In this document: positions 1 to 12,549 of the stretch, piece by piece
Layout: each line of letters begins with the position of its first letter
How positions within the stretch are numbered: position 1 is the first letter of the stretch
Source of the DNA: Octopus bimaculoides
Lineage: Eukaryota
Direction: 5' to 3'
DNA: 50,134 bases
Assembly (NCBI RefSeq): GCF_001194135.2
Contig: NC_068990.1
Coordinates: forward strand, 50,288,614-50,338,747
Made by a program: the position numbers and the translations under genes
The notes under the pieces: generated by a model
What the model was told of the DNA's origin: nothing
Seen by the model: the letters and a program-made list of their open reading frames with translations, nothing else
The model's database searches: none

Positions 1-2172
1 GATCTAATGACAGAAAGAAGCTTTACCATCTTATGAAGCGGGCTTATGGACCTAAGAGCTCCACATCAGCTCCTTTGCTTTCCAAGGAGTCTTCCACGCT
101 GTTTACTAAATCAACAGAAATCACAGGTCGCTGGATCAAACACTCCTCTGAACTCCTAAACCATGAGTCAGTTGTGGATGAAACAATGATTGATACTATG
201 CAACAAAGACCTATCATTGGCTCCTTAGACTCTTCACCCTCAATAGATGAAGTAATGACATCAATAAGTAAATTGAATCTTGGTAGGGCACCTGGAAAGG
301 ATGGAATTTGTGCTGAGGTCTTGCGATTTGGTGGTAATTACATTACACAGTCCCTTCATGAACTTATTAGTGCAGTCTGGAGGGATGGTGCAATCCCTAA
401 GGACTGGGAGGATGCAATTATTCTTCTTCTATATAAAGAAAAAGGAGCCAGAACAATGTGTGGTAACTACAGAGGTATTGCTCTATTATCAGCTGCTGGC
501 AAGGTTCTGGCAAATATTCTTCTTACCCTTCTGAATGGGTGTCTCGTAAATGATGTCCTATCTGAATCTCAATGTGGCTTCCGATCTGGTAGAGGCACAA
601 TGGATATGATTTTCACAGCAAGACAGATGCAGGAGAAGTGTTATGAGCAGAATATGGATCTTGTCCTGGTATTCACTGATTTAACAAAGGCCTTTGATAC
701 TGTAAATAGGGCCTTTCTATGGAAAATACTTGGCAAACTTGGATGTCCGGATCACTTTATATCTATAATTAAATCATTTCATGATGGGATGGAGGCTTGG
801 GTCAATGTTGGTGGTGACATGGCGGGACCCATTCCTGTAGAGAATGGTGTCNNNNNNNNNNNNNNNNNNNNNNNNNNNNNNNNNNNNNNNNNNNNNNNNN
901 NNNNNNNNNNNNNNNNNNNNNNNNNNNNNNNNNNNNNNNNNNNNNNNNNNNNNNNNNNNNNNNNNNNNNNNNNNNNNNNNNNNNNNNNNNNNNNNNNNNN
1001 NNNNNNNNNNNNNNNNNNNNNNNNNNNNNNNNNNNNNNNNNNNNNNNNNNNNNNNNNNNNNNNNNNNNNNNNNNNNNNNNNNNNNNNNNNNNNNNNNNNN
1101 NNNNNNNNNNNNNNNNNNNNNNNNNNNNNNNNNNNNNNNNNNNNNNNNNNNNNNNNNNNNNNNNNNNNNNNNNNNNNNNNNNNNNNNNNNNNNNNNNNNN
1201 NNNNNNNNNNNNNNNNNNNNNNNNNNNNNNNNNNNNNNNNNNNNNNNNNNNNNNNNNNNNNNNNNNNNNNNNNNNNNNNNNNNNNNNNNNNNNNNNNNNN
1301 NNNNNNNNNNNNNNNNNNNNNNNNNNNNNNNNNNNNNNNNNNNNNNNNNNNNNNNNNNNNNNNNNNNNNNNNNNNNNNNNNNNNNNNNNNNNNNNNNNNN
1401 NNNNNNNNNNNNNNNNNNNNNNNNNNNNNNNNNNNNNNNNNNNNNNNNNNNNNNNNNNNNNNNNNNNNNNNNNNNNNNNNNNNNNNNNNNNNNNNNNNNN
1501 NNNNNNNNNNNNNNNNNNNNNNNNNNNNNNNNNNNNNNNNNNNNNNNNNNNNNNNNNNNNNNNNNNNNNNNNNNNNNNNNNNNNNNNNNNNNNNNNNNNN
1601 NNNNNNNNNNNNNNNNNNNNNNNNNNNNNNNNNNNNNNNNNNNNNNNNNNNNNNNNNNNNNNNNNNNNNNNNNNNNNNNNNNNNNNNNNNNNNNNGCACC
1701 GGTTACGTTGGACTGGACACCTTATTAGAATGAAGGATAGCAGGATTCCTAAGCAGATGCTCTATGGAAAACTTGTGAATGGAAGGAGACTCCTGCAGAA
1801 ACCAAGGCTGCGCTTTAAGGACTGTGTCAAGTCCTCATTAAAGGCCTGTGATATGCAGGACACTGACTGGGAGAACAATGCCTGTCATCGCCACGGATGG
1901 AGGAAGCAGATTAAGGAGGGGATCGACACTTTTGAGAGAGCACGTATCCAGCATGAAGAACTTAAGTGAGCTGCGCGAAAGCGCACAGCTTATATAGTGA
2001 ATGGGGAAGCTTAATCTGCAATGTTTGCAGTCGTGTATGCTTGTAAAGAGCAGGGCTTGTTAGCCACCAATGGAGCCGCAAATGCAAAATGTAAGTTAGT
2101 CCTAGAGCGCACAATGTTCCTGAAGGTCGACAATGGTCTTCCTTGGTCATGAGTGGATAACCATCATGTATG
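1..2172 (+). mobile_element. RTE-clade (BovB-like) LINE, RT and 3' end, spanning an N gap
   Basis: Open RT frame 33-851 (APGKDGI, NYRGIALL, QCGFRSGRGT, FTDLTKAFDTV). After the gap: HRLRWTGHLIRMKDSRIPKQMLYG and a C-terminal CxxC...H zinc finger. The 844-nt gap is about the expected missing length. Confidence 0.9.
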
Positions 2173-2214
2173 CCTGTATATATGTGAGAGTATAGTTTCA
2201 CTGTAGTAGATTCA

Positions 2215-2590
2215 GTATGAAAATGAAACCATTAAAGTGAAAGTATCTGTCATTACAGTATCGAAATGTGATTGTTTCAGTTTTGATATTTAAATAGTGG
2301 AATAGTTTAATTTTGAAAGTGAAAGTATTTGACATGAGTGATTTTGTTTCACTTTTGATATGTAATACTTAAATAGTGGAGGAGATATATTGTCGCTGTG
2401 GGCTCCAACTATGCAAGAAGTTAAAATTTTTTTTTTGACTAAAACACAACCGGGACCCTAAGTAAGGCATGTGTAAAATTTGAATGAAATTGGTTGTGTA
2501 GTTCTCGAGTTTTAGGGATTCACACAGACACACACACACAGAGACAGACAGACAGACAGACACACATTCTCATTTTGATATATATATAGA
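2215..2590 (-). mobile_element. 5' portion of a non-autonomous Helitron-like element
   Basis: Minus strand begins a|TCTATATATATATCAAAATGAGAATGTGTGTCTGTCTG, a typical invertebrate Helitron 5' end with a (CTGT)n tract. No 3' hairpin/CTAG found. Confidence 0.5.
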
Positions 2591-2591
2591 T

Positions 2592-4940
2592 ATGTTTGTT
2601 TATGTAGGTGCATGTTTGTTGGTTTTGTGTGTATACGTATATTCATGTTTTATGTTGTGTATATGCATGTATATGTGCATCCATATGTGCATGTATACGT
2701 ATGTGCATGTATGTATATGTAAGTATGTATGTATGTATATGTGTGTGTGTATATATGTGTATGTATATATGTATGTCCATATGTATGTATGTATGTGTGT
2801 ATTTAGATATATTTTTTAGAACTCGGTCTATATTTTTTTAGTTTATCATTTTTAGTTTTTATTTCTTCCTATACTTGCGTGAGTATATGTTTTTGCTTTT
2901 TTGTTTTTTCTTATATATACATCTATATATTTCGTGTGTGTGTGTGTGGTTGCACGTATGTAGGTTTGTGAGTATGTGTGTGTTGCATGGGTGTGATTTT
3001 CTTGCAGTGTGTGCCTGTATTTATGTGTGCGTGTTTGTATGTGTATATATATATATATATATATGTGTGTGTACGTATGTGTGTACATGCGTGCGGTTTG
3101 CTCTGTGGGTTGCACGTGGGTTATTTTGTGTGTGTGTGTGTGTGCGTGTATATGTGTAGTATGTGTGCATGTATGTGTTAATGTTTGTTGTGTGTGTATG
3201 TGAGTTATGTGTGGGTTCATTTGCCTGTGTGTCCATGTATGTATACCTGGGTGTGTGTGTGTGCTGTGTGTGTGTAGGAGTTATGTGTGGATTCATTGGC
3301 ATGTGTGTGTATGTGAGTTCGTTTCAACATGTGTGTGTATGTGTATTAGTATGTGTGCATGCATGTGTGTGTGTGTGGGGTGGTGCGTGTGCGAGGTGGT
3401 GCGTGTATGGGGTGGTGTGTGTGTGGGTGTGTGTATATGTGGATGTGTGTGCGCGTGTCTGTGTGGGATTGTAAGTGTTGGGTACGTGCGTGTGTGTGTG
3501 TGTGTGTGTGTGTATGTCTGTATGTATGTGTGCGTGTTTGTATGTGTGTGTATGTTGTGTATATGTGCGTTCCTGTGTACGTATGTGCATGCGTTTGCTT
3601 CTGTACGTGCGTGCATGTGCGTGTGTTGTTTATGCCCATGTGTGTGCAATTGTATGCGTGTCTGTGTGAGTGTTGTGTTTGTGAGAGGTGTGTGTGCGTG
3701 CGTGTACGAGTATGTGTGTGTATGCATGTGTATGTGTGTACGTGTGTGTATGTGCGTATGTATGTGTGTGTGCATGTGTATGTGTGCGTGTGGATGTGCA
3801 TACGCGTGTGTGTGCGGAATTGTGACTGTTAGGTATGTGTGTGCATGTGTGTGTGTGTACGTGCGTGTATGTGTATGTATGTGTGTATTGTGTATGTTTT
3901 CATGCGTGCGTGTGTGCGTATGTTGTGTATATGTGCGTTCCTGTGTATGTGTGGGTGTGTGCATGCGTTTGCTTACGTACATGCATGCATGTGCGTGTGC
4001 CATTTATGCCCCTTATGTGTGTAGTTGTATGTGTGTTTGTGTGAGTGTGTGTTGTGTATGTGAGTGTGTGTTGTGTATATGAGAGGTGTGTGTGCATGCA
4101 TGTGCGAGTGTGTGTGTGCATGTGTGCATGTCCGTGTGTATATGTGTGTGAATGCGTATGTGTGTGTGTGAGCGTAAAGATGTGTGCCAAGTATGTGTGT
4201 GTTTTATTGCGTGTGTTCACTCCTCTGTGTGTGTGTGTATATATGTATGTGGCTATGTATGTATGTGTATGTAGTTGTGAGTAGGCGTGTGCGATTATGT
4301 GTGCGCGTATATATGGATGTTTGTGTGTGTGTAGGGCTGTGTGAGTAGGTGTGTGTGTATCACTGTGCATGTGTATGTGTGTATATATGTATGCGTTTGT
4401 CTATATGTGTGTGTGAGTGCGCATGTATGTTTGTCATGCATGTTTTCAGGTGTGTGGGTAGTATATATGTCAGGTGTGTGGGAGGTGTATGTGTCAGGTG
4501 TATGGGAGGTATATGTGAATGGAGGTATGTATGGGTTGTCAGGTGTGGGAGGTATGTGTGAATGGGGGTATATATGGGTTATGTGTGCATGGGTGTACGC
4601 GCATAGGAGTGTGTATGTATGCGTGTTTGTTTGCGTGTGTATGTATGCACAAGTGTGCGTGTGTATGTGTGTTTGTATAAGTGTGTAGACGAATCTGAGC
4701 GTGTAAGTGCATGCATGTGTGTTGTGTGTGCGTACATGTGTGTATACGGGTGCGTGTATTTTTCGTGTGTGTGGGTATATGTACGTGAAGGAAGAGATGA
4801 AATAAATTGTGAATAAGGAGTAATGTGGACAAGCCATATATATATGCCAATTTATAATTATATTAAAGGGTGTGGAATATATGTGTGTGTGTGTGTGTGT
4901 GTGTATGTGTGTGTGTGTGTGTAGGTGTATACGTGCGTAT
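2592..4940. repeat. Degenerate (TG)n/(TA)n low-complexity block with internal higher-order repeats
   Basis: Alternating purine-pyrimidine sequence for ~2.3 kb; source of the many C/V- and H/T-rich pseudo-ORFs. Confidence 0.95.
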
Positions 4941-5058
4941 TCCATGAGAATTAACTTTTTCCTTAATATATTTTTATACATTTAGAATTATCTCCCCTCT
5001 GCTATAATTCTCTGACCTGTAAAGAGATTTTGGTAAACAAATCCTCATTTATTACGAA

Positions 5059-6170
5059 CTAGCAGTATAGCCCGGTGCTGCTCGGGATTAAGCTAGGATT
5101 ATTAAGTGATCAAGTGCTTTATTTCAAACCAAAATAAGTAACATCGACATCAGATTTGAGCGAAATCCGTTGAAATTACTTTGGCTGAAAATGGTTTGCT
5201 GGCAATTTGATTGGGAAATCCCATAAGGAATCAGTTTATTGGTTATTTCCACTCATTGACTGTTTTTTTTAAAGTTGCATTAGAGATCTGCATAGGAAAA
5301 GGTTGATCTGAAGGTTCGCATTGGGGATGTGGATTGGAGTAACTTAGGAAAACTTACCAACAGCCTTAACCAAAAACTAAGGGGCCTGTCCCTTCTAGGT
5401 TAACTCTAACCCTAACCCTAAACCCTGACCCTAAAACCGTAACCCTAACACCAACCCTAATCGTAATCCTAACACTAACCTTAACCCTAACCCTAATCCT
5501 AACCGTAAAACTCTAACCCTAACCCTAAAACCCTAACTGTAACACCCTAGTGGAAATCGTGCGGATGTTNNNNNNNNNNNNNNNNNNNNNNNNNNNNNNN
5601 NNNNNNNNNNNNNNNNNNNNNNNNNNNNNNNNNNNNNNNNNNNNNNNNNNNNNNNNNNNNNNNNNNNNNNNNNNNNNNNNNNNNNNNNNNNNNNNNNNNN
5701 NNNNNNNNNNNNNNNNNNNNNNNNNNNNNNNNNNNNNCCAAAGTAGTATGTGTGTGTGTGTGTGTGTGAGAGTGAGAGAGGGGAGAAAGATGAACAATTT
5801 AAAACAAATAAATGATTTAAAATAAATATATTTGAATTGTTGTGTGAGAAAGTATATATAATCTCATTATAGAATATAGTGTCTTTCAAAAACATCGTAT
5901 ATTTTAAACTATATCTCATGTTTAAGAAAAAAAAATGCATTTTACATTTTACACTTACTCTGTCTTCCTTACCTACATTTTCTTTCGTAATACGCTTTGC
6001 TTCCCTCTTCCACTTTTTCATTCTAGCAAAGTAAACTCTGTCTTGCTTAGAAAAATTTGCTTTGATTTCTGTCCGCCTTACCCACTTTTTCATATTTTTT
6101 TTTTGTTAGACGCTAGTAAACACTGTATCTTCCCCCTGTCACAAACACACTATTTCTTTCTTTCTTTCTT

Positions 6171-6210
<40 letters not shown>

Positions 6211-6436
6211 CTTCACGCGCGTACGCACAGATTTAACTTCGCCATGTCAACAAACTTCAAAATTGGTAAAAGTTTATAGATTTTTACAGCTATACGTGGG
6301 TGCCTCTGAGAGAAAACGTTGGCGAAAATGCAGATAAGGTCATGACACATCTAAAATTGGAGCGACATGCGTGCTAATTTGTGGACATGCATAAAGTACA
6401 ATCACGTACACACACACACATCTCGACTTTTATAGA
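5059..6436 (-). mobile_element. Non-autonomous Helitron (~1.4 kb) with a telomere-like array
   Basis: Minus 5' a|TCTATAAAAGTCGAGATGTGTG at 6436. 3' CCCG/CGGG hairpin (5071-5086) followed by CTAG|t at 5059. Inserted between A and T with no TSD. Confidence 0.7.
5401..5550. repeat. Degenerate (CCCTAA)n interstitial telomere-like array
   Basis: Many CCCTAA units plus variants (CCGTAA, CCCTGA, CCCTAAA). Confidence 0.9.
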
Positions 6437-7397
6437 TGTGATGATTACTCATCAACAAGTTTTTTCTAATGTGTCTTTCTTTTTTTCTCTATCAAAACTT
6501 TCTTCTATTCTATTCACTTTTAAACTTAATTTTTTACAGTGTATATTATTTTACCACCCTCTCTAAAGCTCTCTCATATTTTTATTTTTTACATCTTTTT
6601 ATAATAATAAACTGTTAATTTCTGACTTTTTACACTTTTTTCATTGCACACCACCCATAACTGTTCATACACTAAAACGATTTTTAAATATAGCTATCAT
6701 ATCTCGCTAGACACTATTATTATATCATTTTCTTTGTATTCAAATGTATATGAGTGTAAGTGTGTAAAGTTGTTAAGAGAGCGTGCATTCATGTATGTTA
6801 GATGTGTGTGTTGATCTTTTGTTTATACTTTTTTTTGTCTCGGATTTTTCCTACTTATATTTAAAAATATCCGTTGGCCAAAACAGTTATATTTTTTTTT
6901 TACACAGATAGACTCATGACAATATTAACATGTCCCTGTATCTCTTTTTTTCCCCATTTACAATTTATTTACAAATATCTGGTCAGCTTCTCCAACATAG
7001 CCTAATTTGTCAATAATTTTTTTGATGTTTTCCTTAATTTTTTGCACTAACGAGAATGGTAATACATAACTAATTTAATTATTATTATAATTAATGTTTT
7101 TTCTTACATGTTAGTACTATCATTCAAAACGGTCGTATGTGAAAATTAAATTCTAAATTGAACATCTCTTCTGCATTTTTCTAACTGTTAGTAGTGTTTT
7201 ATATAAGATTTTATGTTATACATGCCTATAACAAACTCTTTACTTGTTATTTTCATATTTTAAATGCTTGCTATTACTTTCATATGAAGAATATTTATTA
7301 GAAATATATCTTTTTGAACCCCAGAAAAAGTTTCAATTGTTCTACTTATTTTTTCTCTCTCTCTCACACACACATATATATATTTATATGCATATAT

Positions 7398-8128
7398 TGG
7401 ATCTATTTTAAAACAGGGGCCACAGTTTTCATTAATGTTTTATGTAGTGTTTTTGGTACCGAAAGACTTTCAAACTTCGTATACTTATCTATTTTGTGTT
7501 ATAGAACAGAAAAATATTTTTGTATTCAAATTTATTTCATGTAAAAAATTGTCTTATTTCGATAATTTCAACCAATCACTGACAAGTATTCAGTTGTTTA
7601 CATTTACTCCTTTGGCTGATTAAGCGGTGTAAAGCGTATTTAATCTCCATAACTTCTGACATTTTTTTTGCTTCGTTTTATTTGCTTTTTTCATTTTAAA
7701 TTTGCTTTTTTCATTTTCTTTTTTTTTTCTTCGTTTTATTTGCATTTTTCTTTTTAAATTTGCTGTTTTACCCTAACCCTAACCCTAGAGTTAGGGTTAG
7801 GGTTAGGGTTAGGGTTAGCCTATAATAGAAAGGTTTATTAGCTACTGCCAATATGCTTCAGCCATTTTTTGACAAGGAAATAATAATTTTATCACCAATA
7901 GAATTGTTTCAGAAACGTTTGTTTATGTAGTCGGCACTTAATGGACGTCAGTGATTGGTTGAATTTACAGAAATACGACAACTTTAACATGGAATAACTT
8001 AGGGATTTCTTTTTTTTTTAAGAAGACTAAGAGAAAAAGATGTTTTATATGACACATTCTACCAGTGTTCCAAGTTTCAAAGTGTTTCGTTAAGAAAATA
8101 CTGTGGCCCCCGTTTTAAAATAGATCCC
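7398..8128. mobile_element. MITE (~730 bp) with ~30 bp TIRs
   Basis: Left (t)ggatctattttaaaacaggggccacagt; right reverse complement gggatctattttaaaacgggggccacagt. ATAT flanks both sides. Superfamily not determined. Confidence 0.8.
7771..7818. repeat. Inverted telomeric repeat (CCCTAA)2CCCTA-GAG-(TTAGGG)4TTAG
   Basis: Directly visible, near the centre of the 7398-8128 MITE. Confidence 0.95.
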
Positions 8129-8169
8129 ATATATCTATATCTATATATATATATATGTAAATATATATA

Positions 8170-9676
8170 CTAGCAGTATAACCCGACCTTGTCCGGGTGT
8201 GACTTATTACGCCATCTACGATAAGTCTTGGTAGGTGNNNNNNNNNNGAGGTAACATGGCAATTTCTGATAAAGCAATTGCTGGCGATCTGTTGCTACAC
8301 AGTTTTGCCAGAATTCTATCAGATTAAGCAGATGTTGATGCACCAATTTGCATTATGTTCAAAGTAGCTTCTGGAATGTGGTGAATTGCTGCAGTCTGTT
8401 GCTGTCATTTTAAACCGGTTGCTTTCTTTCCCCAGCAAACTCTCTTCTTTGGAGGCATAATCTATGTATATATTAAACAGAACAACAAAAGTTATAATAG
8501 ATGGCAGGGTCGGTACTTTTCACATATCTGTAATTTTTCAGATTAACACCCTCACGATTACCCAACCCTAATCCTAACCCTAACCCTAAAACCCTAACCC
8601 TGTCCCTAAAACTGTAACCATAACACTAATCCTAACCCCAACCATAACCGTAACCCTAAACCCTGACCCTAAAACCCTAACCCTAACACCCTAGTGAAAA
8701 TCGTGGTATATTTACAAAACATTGACGAACACGAGTTATATTTTACGGAATGATTGTGTACTTGCACATGTATGCGTTTGAGAGAGTGAGAGAGGAAGAG
8801 GTAGAGAGAGGGGGAGAAAGGAATAGACGGTTTCTCTTCACTGCCTATTACTTCATTAGAAATATACGGATGCACATACGCACATAATAGAGAAAAATGA
8901 AACAAATATGGACAACTTGCTCCGAAACACCACCGAATGGAGAACAGTTCTCAAANNNNNNNNNNNNNNNNNNNNNNNNNNNNNNNNNNNNNNNNNNNNN
9001 NNNNNNNNNNNNNNNNNNNNNNNNNNNNNNNNNNNNNNNNNNNNNNNNNNNNNNNNNNNNNNNNNNNNNNNNNNNNNNNNNNNNNNNNNNNNNNNNNNNN
9101 NNNNNNNNNNNNNNNNNNNNNNNNNNNNNNNNNNNNNNNNNNNNNNNNNNNNNNNNNNNNNNNNNNNNNNNNNNNNNNNNNNNNNNNNNNNNNNNNNNNN
9201 NNNNNNNNNNNNNNNNNNNNNNNNNNNNNNNNNNNNNNNNNNNNNNNNNNNNNNNNNNNNNNNNNNNNNNNNNNNNNNNNNNNNNNNNNNNNNTGTTGTT
9301 GTCACAGATCACGTATGTGTGGTTGTGTGTGTTTTTACGTATCAATGTTATGAAAAATAGGTAAAGAATACTGAGAGGAAAGTTTAATCTATGACGTTGT
9401 ATGTATCACTTTCTCTCTCTGTTGAGCGCATGTGTAAGAACGCCGTTCCAGGTAGAAGGGAAGAAATATAAAAGTTGCTAGAAACAACAGCCAAATCTCC
9501 CTTAAATCACACAAAGTAAACGGAATTTTAAAAATCTAATTACTGCACTGGAAAGTTCACATTGAGAAAATTCCTTTTACGAAAAAGTGGAAAATGTGGA
9601 TTTCTATAGATGCAATACACACACACACACACACACTCACAAACTCAGCTTTATTTATATATATATATATATATAT
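8170..9676 (-). mobile_element. Second non-autonomous Helitron with a telomere-like array
   Basis: a|CTAGCAGTATAACCCG...CGGGT at 8169-8198 is the same 3' terminus as at 5059. The 5' end (TATATAAATAAAGCTGAGTTTGTGAGTGTG on minus) is blurred in (TA)n near 9655-9676. Contains gaps. Confidence 0.6.
8561..8694. repeat. Degenerate (CCCTAA)n array homologous to 5401-5550
   Basis: Shares the variant block AACCCTGACCCTAAAACC and the exit sequence AACACCCTAGTG(G/A)AAATCGTG. Confidence 0.9.
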
Positions 9677-9677
9677 A

Positions 9678-9945
9678 AGCCTCAGGCCCACCAAAGCCCT
9701 GAGTGGATTTCGTACACAGAAACTGAAAGAAGACTGTTGTATATACGTATATATCCGTGTGTTTGTACCTCTACCATTTCGCTTGACAACCGATGTTGCT
9801 GTGTTTACATCCCTGTAACAGCGTTTGGCAAAACACATGATAGAATAAGTACTAGGCTTACAAAGAATAAATCCTAGGGGCGACTAAACACGGTGCTCCA
9901 GCATGGTTGCAGTCACATGACTGAAACAAGTAAAACAATAAAAAA
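9678..9945 (+). mobile_element. tRNA-derived SINE, 5'-truncated
   Basis: Reverse-complement similarity to the copies at 12045-12277 and 15841-16002 (ggtgctccagcatgg...gactgaaacaagtaaaa). Confidence 0.6.
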
Positions 9946-10577
9946 AACTATGCCATTTTAATCCTGAGCAATGCCAGGTATCTCTGCTAGCGCATAAATA
10001 TATTTTGAAGAATTGAAACATTCTGCCTATTCCTTATTAACTTATAATTTTAAGTTTAAGGAAGATAACTCTTTTACCTTTCTTATGTTTTACATTTTAG
10101 CTTTTGTATTTTCGTTTTCTATTTTCTGTTTTTCACTTTTTGTTCTCCATTCTGCATTTTCTGTATGCTACCTTCTCAGATTTTTCACATTTCTTCTCTT
10201 ATTCAATTTTTTAGTTCATTATGGTATGTGGTTAGTCCAATGTCGCAAGAGATAAGGAATGGTCAGTTAGTTGAATCAGTGTCTTACTACTCTGAGTTTT
10301 ACTCGTGGCACAGGATTCTCTGGCAAGTAAGGAAGTTAAGTCTGTTTGTTTGTTTACTTGTTTGTTTGTTTGTGTGTGTGTGTGCACGCGTGTATGTGTA
10401 TGCATATATGTATGCATGCATTTACATACCCAAAGAACCTCACAGTGGGGCTGTAGCCAAACTTATGGATGCAGAGAGAGAGAGAGATGCAGGCATGGGT
10501 GTGTGGTTAAGCATTTTCTTTCTGATCAATGTAGGTTTGGGTATGTCCCCACTGCATGGATCCTTGGGTACGTACAT

Positions 10578-10860
10578 GCATACATGATGGCTGTCCATTC
10601 ATGACCAAGGAAGACCATCACTGACCTTTCAGATCATTGTGCATTCAGAAACAGCAGTGCCCATGCAAAATATCAGCAATGTCTGTGCGGTATTTTATGT
10701 CTAAGAAGGGACTTTGATGACATCTCATAGACTCTCTCCACCCTATTGACATGATCCAGAGACAAGCTAAGACAAGATGTCTAGTGCTAATTTGGGTTGC
10801 AAACACAGGAGGGATCTCCACCAAAATCAAAAGATCCCCAAAATGTCCAGTGCCATTCCC
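10578..10860 (-). mobile_element. RTE LINE 3' end fragment
   Basis: 10578-10650 is the reverse complement of the 3' terminus at 2100-2172 (atggtcttccttggtcatga...ccatcatgtatg). Confidence 0.55.
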
Positions 10861-11539
10861 TGTGTATCTGGTTTTACATTAAAGTGACCTTCTCCAAGAG
10901 ATATGCTTTTAACAAAAGCCCATTGGTCTTCCAGCATGCTGGATATCAACTTGGAATTTCTAGTTGTTGAACTTATACATCTGCCCTTCATATATACATA
11001 ACTAACTTACTAGCTAGAAGACAGTCCCACTGAGTGGTTCCTTGGGCAAGTCTTGAAAGTGAATTTGGTAGATGGAAACTGCATAGAGCCTGTCATAAAT
11101 ATAAATTACATCATTTTACACCTACTTGTCATGCTGGCATGGGTTGGACAAGTCTTCATAATCCAAGTCATTTCTTATAAGGAGCTACTGCTCTCATAGA
11201 TTGGTGCCCATTTGCATCCATTTAGCTTAGTCTCTAAGGTCGAATGCCCTTCCTATTGCTAACCAATTTAAAGGGTGTCCTGAGTTCATTTTGTGATAAT
11301 GGGACTAGAGAGGGGGATAAATCGTCAGTGAGACAGGAATAGAGACCTCACAATCATACAGTTTCTCTGTTTACCATTCACTTTGCATATACTAGGTATA
11401 TTTTTCATGGCACTAGCAACTAGGAAAATTGTGAAATCCTTGGTGAAGCATGATGAAAGGACAGATCAACTTTATTTTACCTCTGCTGACTCACCAATCA
11501 CTGCAAAGGGTACACAGAAGGGCTTTTGGTTATGGCATT

Positions 11540-12000
11540 AAAACATGAGTAGATGGAAAGATACCTTATACACTGAGTACAAAGAGTAACCTTAGGTCCT
11601 CTGCATTCAGTGCCCATGCTTTACTATCATATAGCATTGCAGTTTGTACACAAGCATCATACTGTCTACTCTTCATAGAAGACTTTTGTTGCAAGCAGAG
11701 GTAATAGCTGCTATACTTTCAGAACAACCACTGCTAATTACATCACCTAATTAATAGAAACTATCTACTGTGTTTAGTGAGCCAACCAGGCATTTAAGAC
11801 AATCTATTTTCATTCTGCACTTAGTGTTTATTGTCCAAGATGATCTGTCATATTTGAAGTCTACTTTCTCTATTAGTCTGCCCATGATTCCATTGTTTGT
11901 TTTTCACATTCATAGCTTACACTGGGTACAGTGTATAGAGTTCCAGCCTCCCCCCTTTCTACATACCAAGCAGATAATACCAGGATTCAGCCATCTTTCC
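11540..12000 (-). mobile_element. Decayed fragment of the PHD-bearing RTE family
   Basis: Reverse complement contains aactctatacactgtacccagtgtaagctatga, as in 35355-35390. Confidence 0.6.
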
Positions 12001-12044
12001 CACTCTCTCTCTCTTTCCCAAACACACCTTTGTGAATACTCTTT

Positions 12045-12277
12045 TACTTGTTTCAGTCATTTGACTATGGCCATGCTGGAGCACCACCTTTAGTCGAGCA
12101 AATCGACCCCAGGACTAATTCTTTGTAAGCCTAGTATTTATTCTATCGATCTCTTTTTGCCGAACCGCTAAGCCCGAGGCTATAGTAGAAGACACTTGCC
12201 CAAGGTGCCACGCAGGGGACTGCACCCGGAACCATGTGGTTGGTAAGCAAGCTATTTACCACACAGCCACTCCTGCT
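12045..12277 (-). mobile_element. tRNA-derived SINE with a CORE-like segment
   Basis: Minus strand: A-box-like TGGCTGTGTGG, B-box-like GGTGCAGTCCC, then CACCTTGGGCAAGTGTCTT. Confidence 0.8.
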
Positions 12278-12484
12278 TACATTCTATGCTTTACCTGCTA
12301 AGCAACAAACAGTAATGCNNNNNNNNNNTTAATGATGAGTGACATGAAAAGTCCCTTATATGAATAAACAGATAAGAGTTAGCAACATGAAGGGCATTTA
12401 GCTGTAAAACATCAAAAATACATTAAAAATATGTATTTGTCTAACCCAGCAAGGAAAAATAAAGGTAAAATGAATGAATTAATA

Positions 12485-12525
<41 letters not shown>

Positions 12526-12549
12526 GTATCTTTCTTTAATTTTTCTTTT

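Noticed and set aside
852-1695. ORFs of 140-566 aa containing X runs (also at 5570, 8956, 13258, 15229, 35410, 44014)
   Set aside because: They read through N gaps and carry no coding evidence beyond the flanking LINE sequence.
2592-4981. Long Cys/Val- and His/Thr-rich ORFs up to 291 aa
   Set aside because: Translations of (TG)n/(CA)n repeats, open in several frames on both strands.
7771-7818. Ancient chromosome end-to-end fusion site
   Set aside because: Orientation is CCCTAA then TTAGGG, opposite to a fusion, and the tract is short and inside a TIR element.
10213-10325. Plus-strand exon-like segment (AG...CAA/GTAAGG)
   Set aside because: No recognisable protein similarity, antisense to the supported gene, and no partner exons.
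12045-12277. tRNA genes
   Set aside because: A/B-box-like motifs belong to SINE heads; no cloverleaf or anticodon arm is supportable.
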